This document shows, piece by piece, positions 13,901 to 25,014 of a stretch of DNA of 64,000 bases (the first letter of the stretch is position 1; every line of letters starts with the position of its first letter). The DNA lies in assembly GCA_030141605.1 (NCBI GenBank), contig JAQGDQ010000079.1, positions 620,001 to 684,000 on the forward strand, read 5' to 3'. The translations under genes were made by a program, and so were the position numbers. The DNA is from Tubiluchus corallicola. Lineage: Eukaryota > Animalia > Priapulida. Under the pieces are notes generated by a model. The model was not told the DNA's origin and made no database searches. It saw only the letters and a list, made by a program, of their open reading frames with translations.

Positions 13901-16900
13901 GTGTGTAGTAAGATGGACAGTATATATGTTCACAATATAGGAGAATATCGTGTGATTTAATAGGACAGGATAATCAATCATGTCATGAATCACTCTGCTA
14001 ACCACTGATTATATTTACATCTCATACTGCTGTTTGAACAGAAATTGAATGAAGCCAAAAATGATAACTGTTTTACAGTGATTATGTTGCAAAGTATATA
14101 ATTTGGGATTAGTAAATTTGTAATATACACACCTAAGTATAGAAAAGCTATAGTCTCATATATACTAATTTGGATAGTCTTTTAAGCTTATGTAGTGATA
14201 ATTGAAATTAAAAATTGATAATTTTTCTAGAACAATACTGGTGCAGAAGTTTCCCACTAATTTTTGTTTTTGCATTTTCAGTTTAATTTATTTGCATTAG
14301 GCAAAATACGAAATCAGAAAAGACCAAATTTTATCAAATTCCTTGCTTTACGAGCACTTGCTTTGAACTTTCTAATAGCTAATATTTTCAGGATTTTTAC
14401 TCCATTGGCAATCATATTCTGTTTTCCATATTTCTTGATTTAAGTTGGCACATAGCTTTATTTAAATAACATTTTACTATTTCTGATTTTGACATTTGCG
14501 AGATATCTAATATGTAACCATTTTATAAGAATTCGGATATTTCTATTAAAAGTAAATTGAATATGTGATAATGAACATGAAAATGCCTACACAAAACCTG
14601 AATCAAAATCATTCTAGCAACACCACAGTACAGTAGTCGCTGCTTAATAGACTCACTTTGGGACCGACGTGTTTTGACCCAATTAACCGATTGAACCTAT
14701 TAACTGATGGGTGTAGTATTATCGCTATAGAAGTATGAGTCATCAGCTTACTATGCACTGCAAAGGTTTTTAATGAATTTTAGAAATGAAGTAATGCCTA
14801 AATTCCTTTTTGCAGTTAAAAATTAGAAAAAAAAAATTTTAAAATATTAATTTATACAAGTGAATTAACAATACATTAAAAAGTATACTTTTCTAAATCA
14901 CACAATTCAGTTTATTTGCAAAAATTACAAAAATTCCTTCAAAGTTGGCCGCTTCATTTTGTCGCAAAGAAGTTGGCTCACAAAGTTCTTGTAATTATAA
15001 AAACGTTGAAAATCAGTTGCTGTGTGATGTACGTATTCTCATAAAACATTTAGCAGTTGGCTTGCTTGAGCATTTTCTTTGCCAAATCTTCTCCTTTCTG
15101 TCGCACTAAAGGAGTGTCCACTCGAGCATTTTTTCTCTTGCGTTTGTAAATCGCACTTTTAACGCTGACTCCACTTCACAGTCTCTTCCTGTGCATCGCC
15201 TCTTAGATGCTAGATTCTCATATTGGCTTGCTGACTGCTCAATTTCAGATCGTTTTTTTTTCAATATTCTGCTGAGAGTACTTTGAGAAATTTTCAACTG
15301 CACTGCTTCACACCTCTGCCCCAATTTTGGAAATTTATCGTACTCCTCTAAAATTTTCAGTTTCTCCTTAACCGTTAGATCTTTATGCTTATGCTCCATT
15401 TTTCAATCTGCTTAACTCTATGCCCTTATTTGCTGTATGATGTTTACTCTTGTAAGTCACAAGGAATGTTAGCTGATTACTGTACCTGCATCTTTGACTA
15501 TTAACTCATTAAGCCTAAAAGCATGATTTGAGGCGAGAGCCCCAAAAGGAAACCGCTAGACAAGTTTAGCTTCCAGAAATTCTTTGGGTAACGAGGTTAG
15601 TCGCAGTGGGGGAGTGGGTAACAGATTCAAAGCAAAACCGCTACGCTAGCATATTAGCGCATGATAAACGTACCTGTTTACAAACAAAACGGTACTTAAC
15701 ATAATTGTTTCTACATATATAATGCACAAAAGGGAAGTAAAGATGACATAAAAGTAGGAAAGGCTGTTTGGGCACATACAAATCTCTTATTATAAGTACG
15801 AGAAGGAAAAATATTGAGTCAATTAAGCGAAGTCATTTGAGTCAATTACCAATAGTTTTTATGTATATTTGAATAGAAGTGGCCCATTCCAGGCGTTTTT
15901 GAGTCAATTAAGTGATTGAGTCTGTTATGCGTGAGTCTATTAAGCGGCGATTACTGTAATTGATATTTTGTTTTTAGGAAAGCATAGTGGATTTGGAGGT
16001 TATATTTTCTGATGACTCCATTACGTACCTCACCAATGTTGCCGATGAAGATGTGTTTATTAGTGCAATTAGCTTAAACCCATCTGTCATCAAGGTGTCG
16101 TCTTCATCCTATGATAACTTTATAAGAATCACTGCTGTCGGTAAGGCTTTAACCTGATTACTGTTTTGAGTGAGAGGTGACAGATCACATTAATAGTATT
16201 AATAATTTTAGTAAAATCTTAATGCATTGCTAGGAAGTTTACTGAATCTAACGCCTAGTTCATTCGTTAAAAATGTAACAACTTGATTTATATCGAGTGT
16301 TCTGCCACATGTAAATGAAATTGTATTGAGTCTAAAACCTATCGTTTTTATCTTTTGTGAAACCTAATGCATCTGAGATAAATATTTATATTGCTTTATT
16401 GAAAATATACAATGATGATGTTTTGCAGATGAGTTGAGGCAGTGGCTTTAAATATTCATTCAAATAAATACTTAGCCCTGAAATGTCAAATGGATGAGTA
16501 AGCTTTTGGCCACAAACTGCTGTTTGCTCATACTAATCCTTAATGTCTGAACTTTGCTTATGCAGTGTGGTTTGAGTTTTAGGATCCTGCTTATGAGAAT
16601 TCTACTTGTTTTCACAAACATTTTTTTAGCTTTCAAAGCCTAATATGTGTATTGTGTTGAAGCAATGGCAGATAGACAAGCGAATCTTAGAACAACTGCA
16701 TCATTTGTCAAGGGAGGAACTCCCCATTTAAATAGTTTGACAATAGTCTAGCTTATTAATTGCCGTATGCATTGACTTACAACAAGCCTGCTGTATGCAA
16801 TTAATTGTGTGTGGCAGTTTACATAGTGCCAGTAGTTTATTTTTCTGTTTTATGTTTTGCAGGACAGGGCAAAGGTGACTTGCTAAAAGTATCTCTAAAC

Positions 16901-17692
16901 CTTGGTGATGCGTGCCAGCGTGCCAAATCTACCCCTTTGGCTACAGCTCTCGCCTACGTCAATGTGGATTTCTCGAAGACCCCTGAAACCAACAAACTAA
17001 TTGAGTTAGCAGATTTTCAAAATGATGACAGCTACTTGGTGAATAACTATGCGAGCATTCGTAAATCGGGCATGCACAAGTATGGACCAGAGAAGTTTCA
17101 ATTCCCCTGGGAAGATATTGAAAAGTCAAATTCTAATGACGCATCACTGAAGGCTTATTCAGAGTATCGTACTGCACCGAAGGTATCCCAGCAGTTATCA
17201 CATGATGGTGCAGAACCATCTGACACTGCATTTTCTCCCCTAGAAATTGGTATGTATGTTCTTCTAGGTATCTTCTGCTTGGCTATTATGGTGTTTGTCA
17301 TCAACTGTGTAGTTTTTGCAATGCGATATCGACGTAAGAGGATGCCGAGCAGTGATACATTTTCTGATGCTCATGACTGGGTATATGTTGGTCGAGCCAC
17401 ACTAGAACGGCAGGGCGACTCGGTAGCATCTCCTCCCGGAAATCTGTTACCAGAGTCTACTTTCATTGAAAACAACGCCGACTTGTCTCAGCATACACCT
17501 CCTGATACCTTGAACAATAACTGTAACCGTAACAGCACACATTCTTACCCAGGCTCAGAGATTAGTATACGCCTAATGGCTAATCCACAAGCAGCATGGT
17601 ACGACGATATGCAGTGGAATTACGAAGCAGCTGGCCTCACCTATGAACAACTGAAGGATTATTTTGATAATCTGAAAGAATCAACAGCTTAA
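4981..17692 (+). CDS. TMEM132: TMEM132-family type I membrane protein, 11 coding exons, ~1028 aa
   Basis: Exons 4981-5080 (signal-peptide-like), 5445-6198, 6814-6978, 11207-11399, 11736-11879, 12191-12450, 12898-13011, 13158-13329, 13709-13900, 15978-16140, 16863-17692. All GT-AG with consistent phases (3087 bp). Family motifs: ILNTAVLDG, VWLPELPLDIYLSDSKLSLIKRWK, TM segment SPLEIGMYVLLGIFCLAIMVFVINCVVF, HDWV, and C-terminal YFDNLKES. The start may instead be ATG 5005. Confidence 0.92.
7306..7640. mobile_element. hAT (Charlie/Buster-type) MITE, 335 bp, in TMEM132 intron 3
   Basis: TIRs CAGTGGTTCCCAACC / GGTTGGGAACCTCTG. Perfect 8-bp TSD GCATAGAG at 7298-7305 and 7641-7648. Internal GGGGTAC subterminal motifs. 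Confidence 0.9.
12565..12640 (+). repeat. Degenerate (GGTAGT)n / (AGT)n simple repeat in TMEM132 intron 6
   Basis: Visible agtagtggtagtggtagtggtattgggagtggtagtggcagt run. Confidence 0.7.
14631..15956 (-). mobile_element. Tigger/pogo DNA transposon deletion derivative (1326 bp) in TMEM132 intron 9
   Basis: 25-bp TIRs CAGTAGTCGCTGCTTAATAGACTCA / TGAGTCTATTAAGCGGCGATTACTG, with TA TSDs on both sides. ORF 15106-15399 encodes a CENP-B/psq-type HTH (LTVKEKLKILE...ISQSTLSRILK...VESALKVRF). No DDE domain is visible. Confidence 0.9.
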
Positions 17693-20600
17693 TTGCTTGT
17701 TGAATGCTTGTAATTTTTGTGTAACTTCTTTTAGGCAACATTTTAACAAGGCCTGTCTCTTACTATCGGCATACTTTGCGTATTTGTATTGTATTTTTGC
17801 CTTGCTCATATGTTTCTGTATACAAACAATTATGCACAATGCACTTTGCACGTAAAATTTTTGTTAATAATCTATTATATATTAATTAGTTCAACCTAGC
17901 ATGTTTATCACTGTTTACTGCATATCATTTGTTAACTTTAGGTTAATAAATGATTGGAAAATTAAAAGAATTTTGTTAATATCACGTCTACAATTTGTTC
18001 CCTCATAAAGTTTCCCATTTTTTATTTTGTATCCTTTTGTAAATTTTGTGTCAAAATTTTTCTGAATTTTGTTTTTAAAGTTTCTTGTACTATGGTTTAA
18101 TTGTATTAGATTCTTGTCATGTAAATATCAGTGTACTTAGTCATGTCTTGCAACTTGAGTTTCCATTAATAATTACTACTTCTTTGAAGAGGGTCATGCA
18201 TATTATCAACTAAGGCAGTTGTTAGGAAAATTTCTGAATCTCTATGATGCTAAACAGTCTTGAATGATCTTTATCTGCAGTGACTGTTTTTTTTTCATGA
18301 AGGTACTATGTGTAATGGAATTCTAGGAATTTTTGTAACATTTGTGCCCAGAATCCTTTTTTGTGCATAGTGCCACTATTGGTACTTATGCTATGTTGTG
18401 AGCTGCATGTGTTGTGAACATCTCATTCTGTTTTATTTGGCTGTGTAGTATAGTACAATTACATGTGTCATGATCACTTAAAACTATATGTCACAATTTT
18501 CTATACAGTAATACTTAATCTAGCCAAAATGAGAAAAGGTTATATAGTGAGTAGTGTAATTAGACCTCCCGTATATGTAGTATTTATAATGATAGTAATC
18601 ATGCCGATTAAATACCACTATAGTTGTTATTTTATTTGATATCCAAAATCAGTAAAGGATGTGTTTTGTGAGTGATTTTTTTTCAAAAGTTATTTTCACA
18701 AATTGCATTACATTAAGGGTGAGCATGATTCTCATCATGTTACTTACTTTAGTTACTTACTTACGTGTGTGAAATTAATGTTTAATTGAAGCTGTAGACT
18801 ATACCTTAGTGTAAGTAGTATGCCAATAAGCTTGATGACAACAGTTGAAAACACCAGACTTTCATGTTCTATAGATTCTTTTTATGGATTGTGTCACTAC
18901 TGTGTGATATTGTTTATATACTTTTATATATTTCATTTTTAATTTTGTTAGGTAATCCATACACATTTTTTGTATTAAATTTTTTGTTGAAGTGAAATCG
19001 GTGTCATCTTAATACATGTTGCCAAGTATGTGTTCACAGACCATTTAATTGTTTGATGTTCTGCTTACATTTTACATGGTGAAAAGTTTTATTTGCTACA
19101 GTTTGCTGACATCTTTTAGACATGTGACCAAGAATATAAGAAAGATTTCATTTACGTATCATTACTTCAGCACTTATTATCACTTCTATTAATACTGGTT
19201 TTGAAACTAGATTTTAATGAAGTAGCATGTATACTATCAGCCAGGCTGTATTTTGCATCATATTACTATAGTGTAATAATGTTACTTGATTAAACCCTTC
19301 TGTTTATAGGTAAGTACCAAAAAGTCCACATTTAGTTGCTTTGATAGCCTAATGTTTCAGTTATCAATCGATATTCTATAATATTACATGTTATGGTTTC
19401 TTAGATTGTTTATTTTTCGTGTTTTATGCTTAAGATTGTTGATCAGTTTTTCACCCATTCTGGTGCTCATTTTAGTGCAATATATTAGTCAATCTCTACA
19501 TAGTTTTAAAATCTTTTTCTAAAGATGCTTTAGGAAATGTTAGTTACTTATTTATTGTAAATTTGTTGTATATTATTATTTTTTGCAGTAAGTAAATTTG
19601 GCACTTACAATTTGTTTTTATAGTGATAATAATAATTATTTATGTTACTTGTTTACTAGCTTTGCTAATGTATTTATCAATCTGTGTATTACATTTTCCT
19701 AATTATTTTCTGCCTTTGGAGCCAAAATGAAAGTGCAGAAGGATAATTTTACATGGTGAAAGAAATGCATTTTATGTGAAAGAAAGTAAGACTCGTGTTA
19801 TATAACTTTTTCCTTGTATTATACAGGTAGCTTAAAATCTCAGTGTCTGTGTAATATGCCTTAACTACTGGCTATTTGTCTTGTAATTTTAAAAGCGGCA
19901 TTATGATTATTTACTTTCAATATTAGTTAATATAAATACAGAACCAGCTAGGAATATAATGGCCGGTCGAAATGGTTCCTCGAATGTTTGTTGTACAATG
20001 CGCAGGTTGTTCGAAATATTTCGTGTCGCTTCATCGGTATATTTACTACATTCATATAAATGCACTCGCTCAATTTGCGATACTGTATTCACATTTATGT
20101 GCATAAGTAGCTGTAGCTATTTGCAAGGAAGCCTTGTTTGCTGAATAAGGTGTGCTACCAAATGGCAGTATATTTAATTTGAACGTAATTTTAATTTTAT
20201 TGGTAAACTATGAGACCTGTTAAACACTTGCCTATCGTGTTATGCTGCAGCATTGTTTAAATTTTTGTATGAACTGCTATGCATGCTTTTATGCTTTTGG
20301 AACATTATGTGAAATTTCATCACTTATATTCATAATATCAGTACGAGAGAGAATAACTGGGTCAGTGCTGGATGCCGATTTGTAAGATCCGCGAACTGAA
20401 TTTAATTAGAATAGCTTCACCATATTCTTTGTGAACATTTTATAATCGCTATGTCTTTTTACATTTCCTGTACTGTATTGTGGTAATTATTATCGAGTAC
20501 AATAATAATTGACGAAATTTGCATATAGATTAACCTTATGTATGCATTATCGGTGACTTTTATGTATAATAAAAGTCTATGTAAAATAAATTATGAACTA

Positions 20601-20959
20601 TGATTTTTTATTCGTAATTATACTAGTCATGTTAATTTACATGTTCTTCAAAGTACTAGTTAGCACTATTTTGATTTGTACTAAATTAATTCACGTCCGA
20701 CCCTTCATTTGGCGGCTGCATTTCACTCAGTAAAATTTGGTTCTTGGTACTGTTTTTTGTGGTTTTCGTGAAAGCACGGTGGTGTATGCGGAAACCGAAT
20801 ACATGCACAGAACGGTCATTCCAGAATTTAGCTCTTTACATCGAGTTTTAGCGTCTGAAAGAGAAGACATTGTGCTTCAAAATCAATTTCAAAGGAATTT
20901 AAGTGTATCTAAAAGACTATAAAAGTGCTACCGTCGGACGACACATTGACTTACAATCA

Positions 20960-23597
20960 AAGGGATGCTTGCACTTGTTATTTTCCTGTTATATTCTGAG
21001 TGACTTTAATTTATCAGGAATTGATTGCCAATTGGAGTTCTCCAATAATGCTGTTGAAAATGAGTTTTTAGAATGCTTTGAGTTGAACTTGTTATATCAA
21101 CACGTGAAATTTGCAACACGCTATCGCATTGGCAATGAACCATCTTTACTTGATTTAGTTTTTACTGAGCAAGATGATTTGGTAAAATATTTGAGATCTA
21201 GTTCACCATTAGGTAATAGTGACCATGTGTGCTTGCATTTTAGTTTGAATGTAAAAATGTATTGCCAGTCAAAATTCTACCTCAGAAGAAGATGTGTTTA
21301 AACAAAGTTAATTTCAGCAGTATGTGTAATGCATTTAGCCAAGTTGATTGGATTAATGTTTTAAATAGTAATCTTACTCTTGATGATATGTGGACAAAAT
21401 TTCATAATGTGTACATGTCAGTTGTTGATGAATATGTGCCTAGTTTCTATCCAAGTTCTTGCAGTAAGAGTAGTCGACCTCGGCCTTCTTGGTTAACTAA
21501 GCAGTTGCTTGACTGTATTAAGGAGAAAGAAAAGTTGTTTTTTGACTGGAAGAGACGAAGAACAAAACTTTCTTATGAACGGTATGCTGCAAGGCGTAAT
21601 GTGGTGAAAAACCTTATAACTACTGCGAGAAAAAGATCTGAACGTAATTTAGCAAGTAATTGCAAGAGTAATCCTAAGGCATTCTGGCAGTATATCAATT
21701 CACTTCGGAAGCCAAAGTCTAGAATTCATTCGCTGAAGAATTCCCAAGGTAATCTTGTCTCTGATTCAGAGGAGAATGCACAAATTTTGAACGATTTTTT
21801 CATTAGTGTATTTAGTCCCAATGCTTCTAACTATGAAGTAACTACAGTGCAACAATATCCTGATATCAGCAATGTTTCCATAACTGAAGAAGAGGTGCTT
21901 TTTGAGTTACAAAATCTCAATGTAAACAAATTTGCTCCAGATGGTTACCATCCACGTATTTTAAATGAATGTAGAACTGTGCTTTTTAAACCTGTATACA
22001 CCTTACTGGATAGGTCTTTTGTTAATTGTCAGTTACCTGGACAATGGAAGGTGGCACAGGTTACTCCCATTCATAAAAAAGGGGACAAGTCAGATCCATC
22101 GAACTACAGGCCAGTTAGCTTACTAAATACAATTAATAAAGTGACAGAAAAAAATCATGCGGAAGCATATAATGAACCATCTGATAAGATACAACATTAT
22201 TTGTGAAGAACAACATGGGTTTGTTAAGGGTAAAACAATGGTTACCCAACTGTTACAATGTTACGATGCATGGTTTGAGTTAAAAGATGCTAATAAGCCT
22301 TTTGATATAATATTACTGGACGTGAAAAAGGCATTTGATGTTGTACTTCATCACTTTCTGTTCGCAAAACTTAAAAATTGTGGTATAACTGGTCCAGTTT
22401 TACAGTGGATAGTAAACTTCTTAGAAAATAGAAGACAATGTATGTGTGTTGATGGTTACAAATCGACTGAGTCCTTGATTACTAGTGGTGTACCGCAAGG
22501 TTCGGTATTAGGTCCGTGTTTATTTGTGGTATTTATAAATGATTTGCCTAGTTGTGTGGGAAATTCTATTCGTCTTTTTGCTGATGACAGCAAAATCTGG
22601 TCTGAATCTGATTCTTTTACCAGCTGTAATGATCTTCAATCGGATCTAGAAGGGCTCTGTGATTGGGCAGTTGAAAATGGTACGCAGTTCCATCCCAACA
22701 AGTGTAAGGTTGTATCTGTGGGAGCAGGATATGAGTATAAATACAAAATGTATGATGCAAGTGGCATTCCGGCAGAATTGGACTTTAGTGCTTGTGAGAA
22801 AGACCTTGGATTATTACTTGATAATAAACTAAATTTTAAAGATCACATAGCAGAAATCATAAAGAATGCCAAACGAAACAATGCTTTAATAAGGAGGAAT
22901 TTCAAGTACCTAGATCTGCAAACTTTTAAGCTTCTATATGTGGCACTTGTGCGATCAAAAGTGGAATATGGAAGTAGTATTTGGAATAATCCTAGAGCAT
23001 ACATAGTGGACCCAGTCGAAACTGTCCAAATGAGAGCTTTCAATATGTTACCAGAACTAATGAACTTGTCGTATGAAAGTCAATTAAAACGAATAGGTTT
23101 AACTACATTAGCCTTTAGACGTTTACGTGGCCAACTAATTGATGTATACAAACATGTATCTGGAGTTTATATCTTTGATGATTGTCCTATTAAATTAAAA
23201 GTACATCGCACAGCAAGATCAGGTCCTATTGTTCATAAATCAAGAACTACACACAAAACTGGTAAATACGACTATTTTTCTTGTACGATGCCAGAAATCT
23301 GGAGTAGATTGCCCTGTGATGTGAGAACAGCAACATCTGTAAATTTATTTAAATCAAAATTAGATAGACACTATGAACATCATCCATTGAAATTTAATCA
23401 CCGTGTTAATTGGAACATGCCTATAACAAGGATGCTGGATTACATATTATAGTGAGAACACTTGCCAGTGGAGTCACCTAGGTGTTGATGACAATCTATT
23501 GTATGTGCAATTTGTCACAATTACAGTCGAAGAAGTATTTGTCTCAAAAGTTATATTATAACTACTTCAGATTTACTACTACTACTACTACTACTAC
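20960..23597 (+). mobile_element. 5'-truncated CR1/L2-group LINE with two frameshifts
   Basis: Three overlapping ORFs: APE C-terminus (DFN, LLDLVFT, LGNSDH), linker (KKGDKSDPSNYRPVSL) and RT (GVPQGSVLGP, LFADD). Frame breaks near 21270 and 22155. Ends in a (TAC)8 tail at 23574-23597. The 5' boundary is approximate. Confidence 0.9.
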
Positions 23598-23784
23598 TTA
23601 CTCATTGATAATAGTGGTGGTATTGATATTTTTACTTTTGCCTTTCCAAACACTGACCGTCATAATCCAAAAATTGAAGACATACAGTCGGTGCCAGTTC
23701 ATGACATTGATCTAGGCAAGCGCGTAAGGCGCAAGCTAAACTACAATGTTTGAATTTAAGCAAAATTAAATTTCTGAGTAAGGG

Positions 23785-24090
23785 GTGAATAAGATGAGTC
23801 ATTACATGAAAATTGAATTAAATATGTTGGAATTGAAGTGCAACTTCAAAAGTGACCATACAAGTAATTTATTGTGTCCCATGTGTAATACTCAAGAAGA
23901 TGCAACTGAACATCTATTTGTTTGTAGTTATTTAAGTCAAGTAAATGTTTCGGCGATTGATGCTTGTGACCTATAAGATACGAATGTGGAAGTTGTAAGA
24001 ATAAGAATTGAGTATACGGCGGCCATTGTGGAATTTAGAAAAGAATGTGGAGTGATGATACGAAGTCATAATAAATCCTGCAGTCGTTCT
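23785..24090 (+). mobile_element. Non-LTR retrotransposon 3' remnant (CCHC zinc knuckle)
   Basis: MLELKCNFK...LLCPMCNTQEDATEHLFVC. No upstream RT of its own. Confidence 0.6.
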
Positions 24091-25014
24091 TGAGTGCTTG
24101 TTTGCTGATCACTCAGCATTGAACCACTGAAGTGCAACGAAAAATTCGAAGCAACAAAAGATAAACTATAGACGTAAATACAGTGCACAAATCACTGTCT
24201 TAATCTACCACTTAGTGCCATCTTTTAATCAATATTGCTCACACTTACTCCATGCACGAGACAGGTACTGCTAAAATTTAACTTTACATTAGCTTAATTA
24301 CTTAGTTTGTTTGTAGAATGTTGTGTAATTTTCAAATCTTAATAGCTTTAAATTTTCATTTTTTCCGACTTCAATCGGAAAAATCATAAACACATTTCAA
24401 TTTTATTTATATTTTTTTAAGTTTTATTTCAATTGTACCATTTAAACGTACATCCAATGGTGTACATTCAATTGTACATATAGCTGGATTTAATTTACAG
24501 ATGCGAATTTGTTGCGCTAATTGCTTTTTTACTAACCTGTGCAAATAAAAAACGACAAATTTCAGGTATATCATGTCAATGAGGTGTAGTATTATGTTGC
24601 GAAAAAAGATGTTCGTGTCTGTATCTAGTCACTCAGTCAGCATAATAACTTAACGAATGTCCGTTCTCTTAAAACTGTGTAAATGAAAAAATGTGCATCT
24701 TTCCAGATTGCGAATTCAAATTCTTGGTGCAAGCGGTGTGGCAATGTATTGTGGCTACTATTGGCGGGCCGGCAGCTAGTGGCTGCGATTACGCGAAGCA
24801 GTCGTAACAAAACTGTTTTTTCAGTATTTCCGTGCGCAATATCATTGAGATAGTGGTGTGACGCCCAGCGTCCGTTCTAAAATGGATGCGCACATGAAAG
24901 TGTGTGTTTTCTCGCGGAATTTAAACTGTTTACGTAGTTTTGCTAGTTTATCAAATACAGTTACTAAAGTATCACAGTTTAAAATAGTTATTGCTTGAGG
25001 ACAAACTACTCAAT

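Noticed and set aside
24724-24792. tRNA/SINE-like A box (TGGTGCAAGCGG); similar hints at ~25220 and ~44330
   Set aside because: No convincing B box or cloverleaf; a tRNA or SINE cannot be supported.
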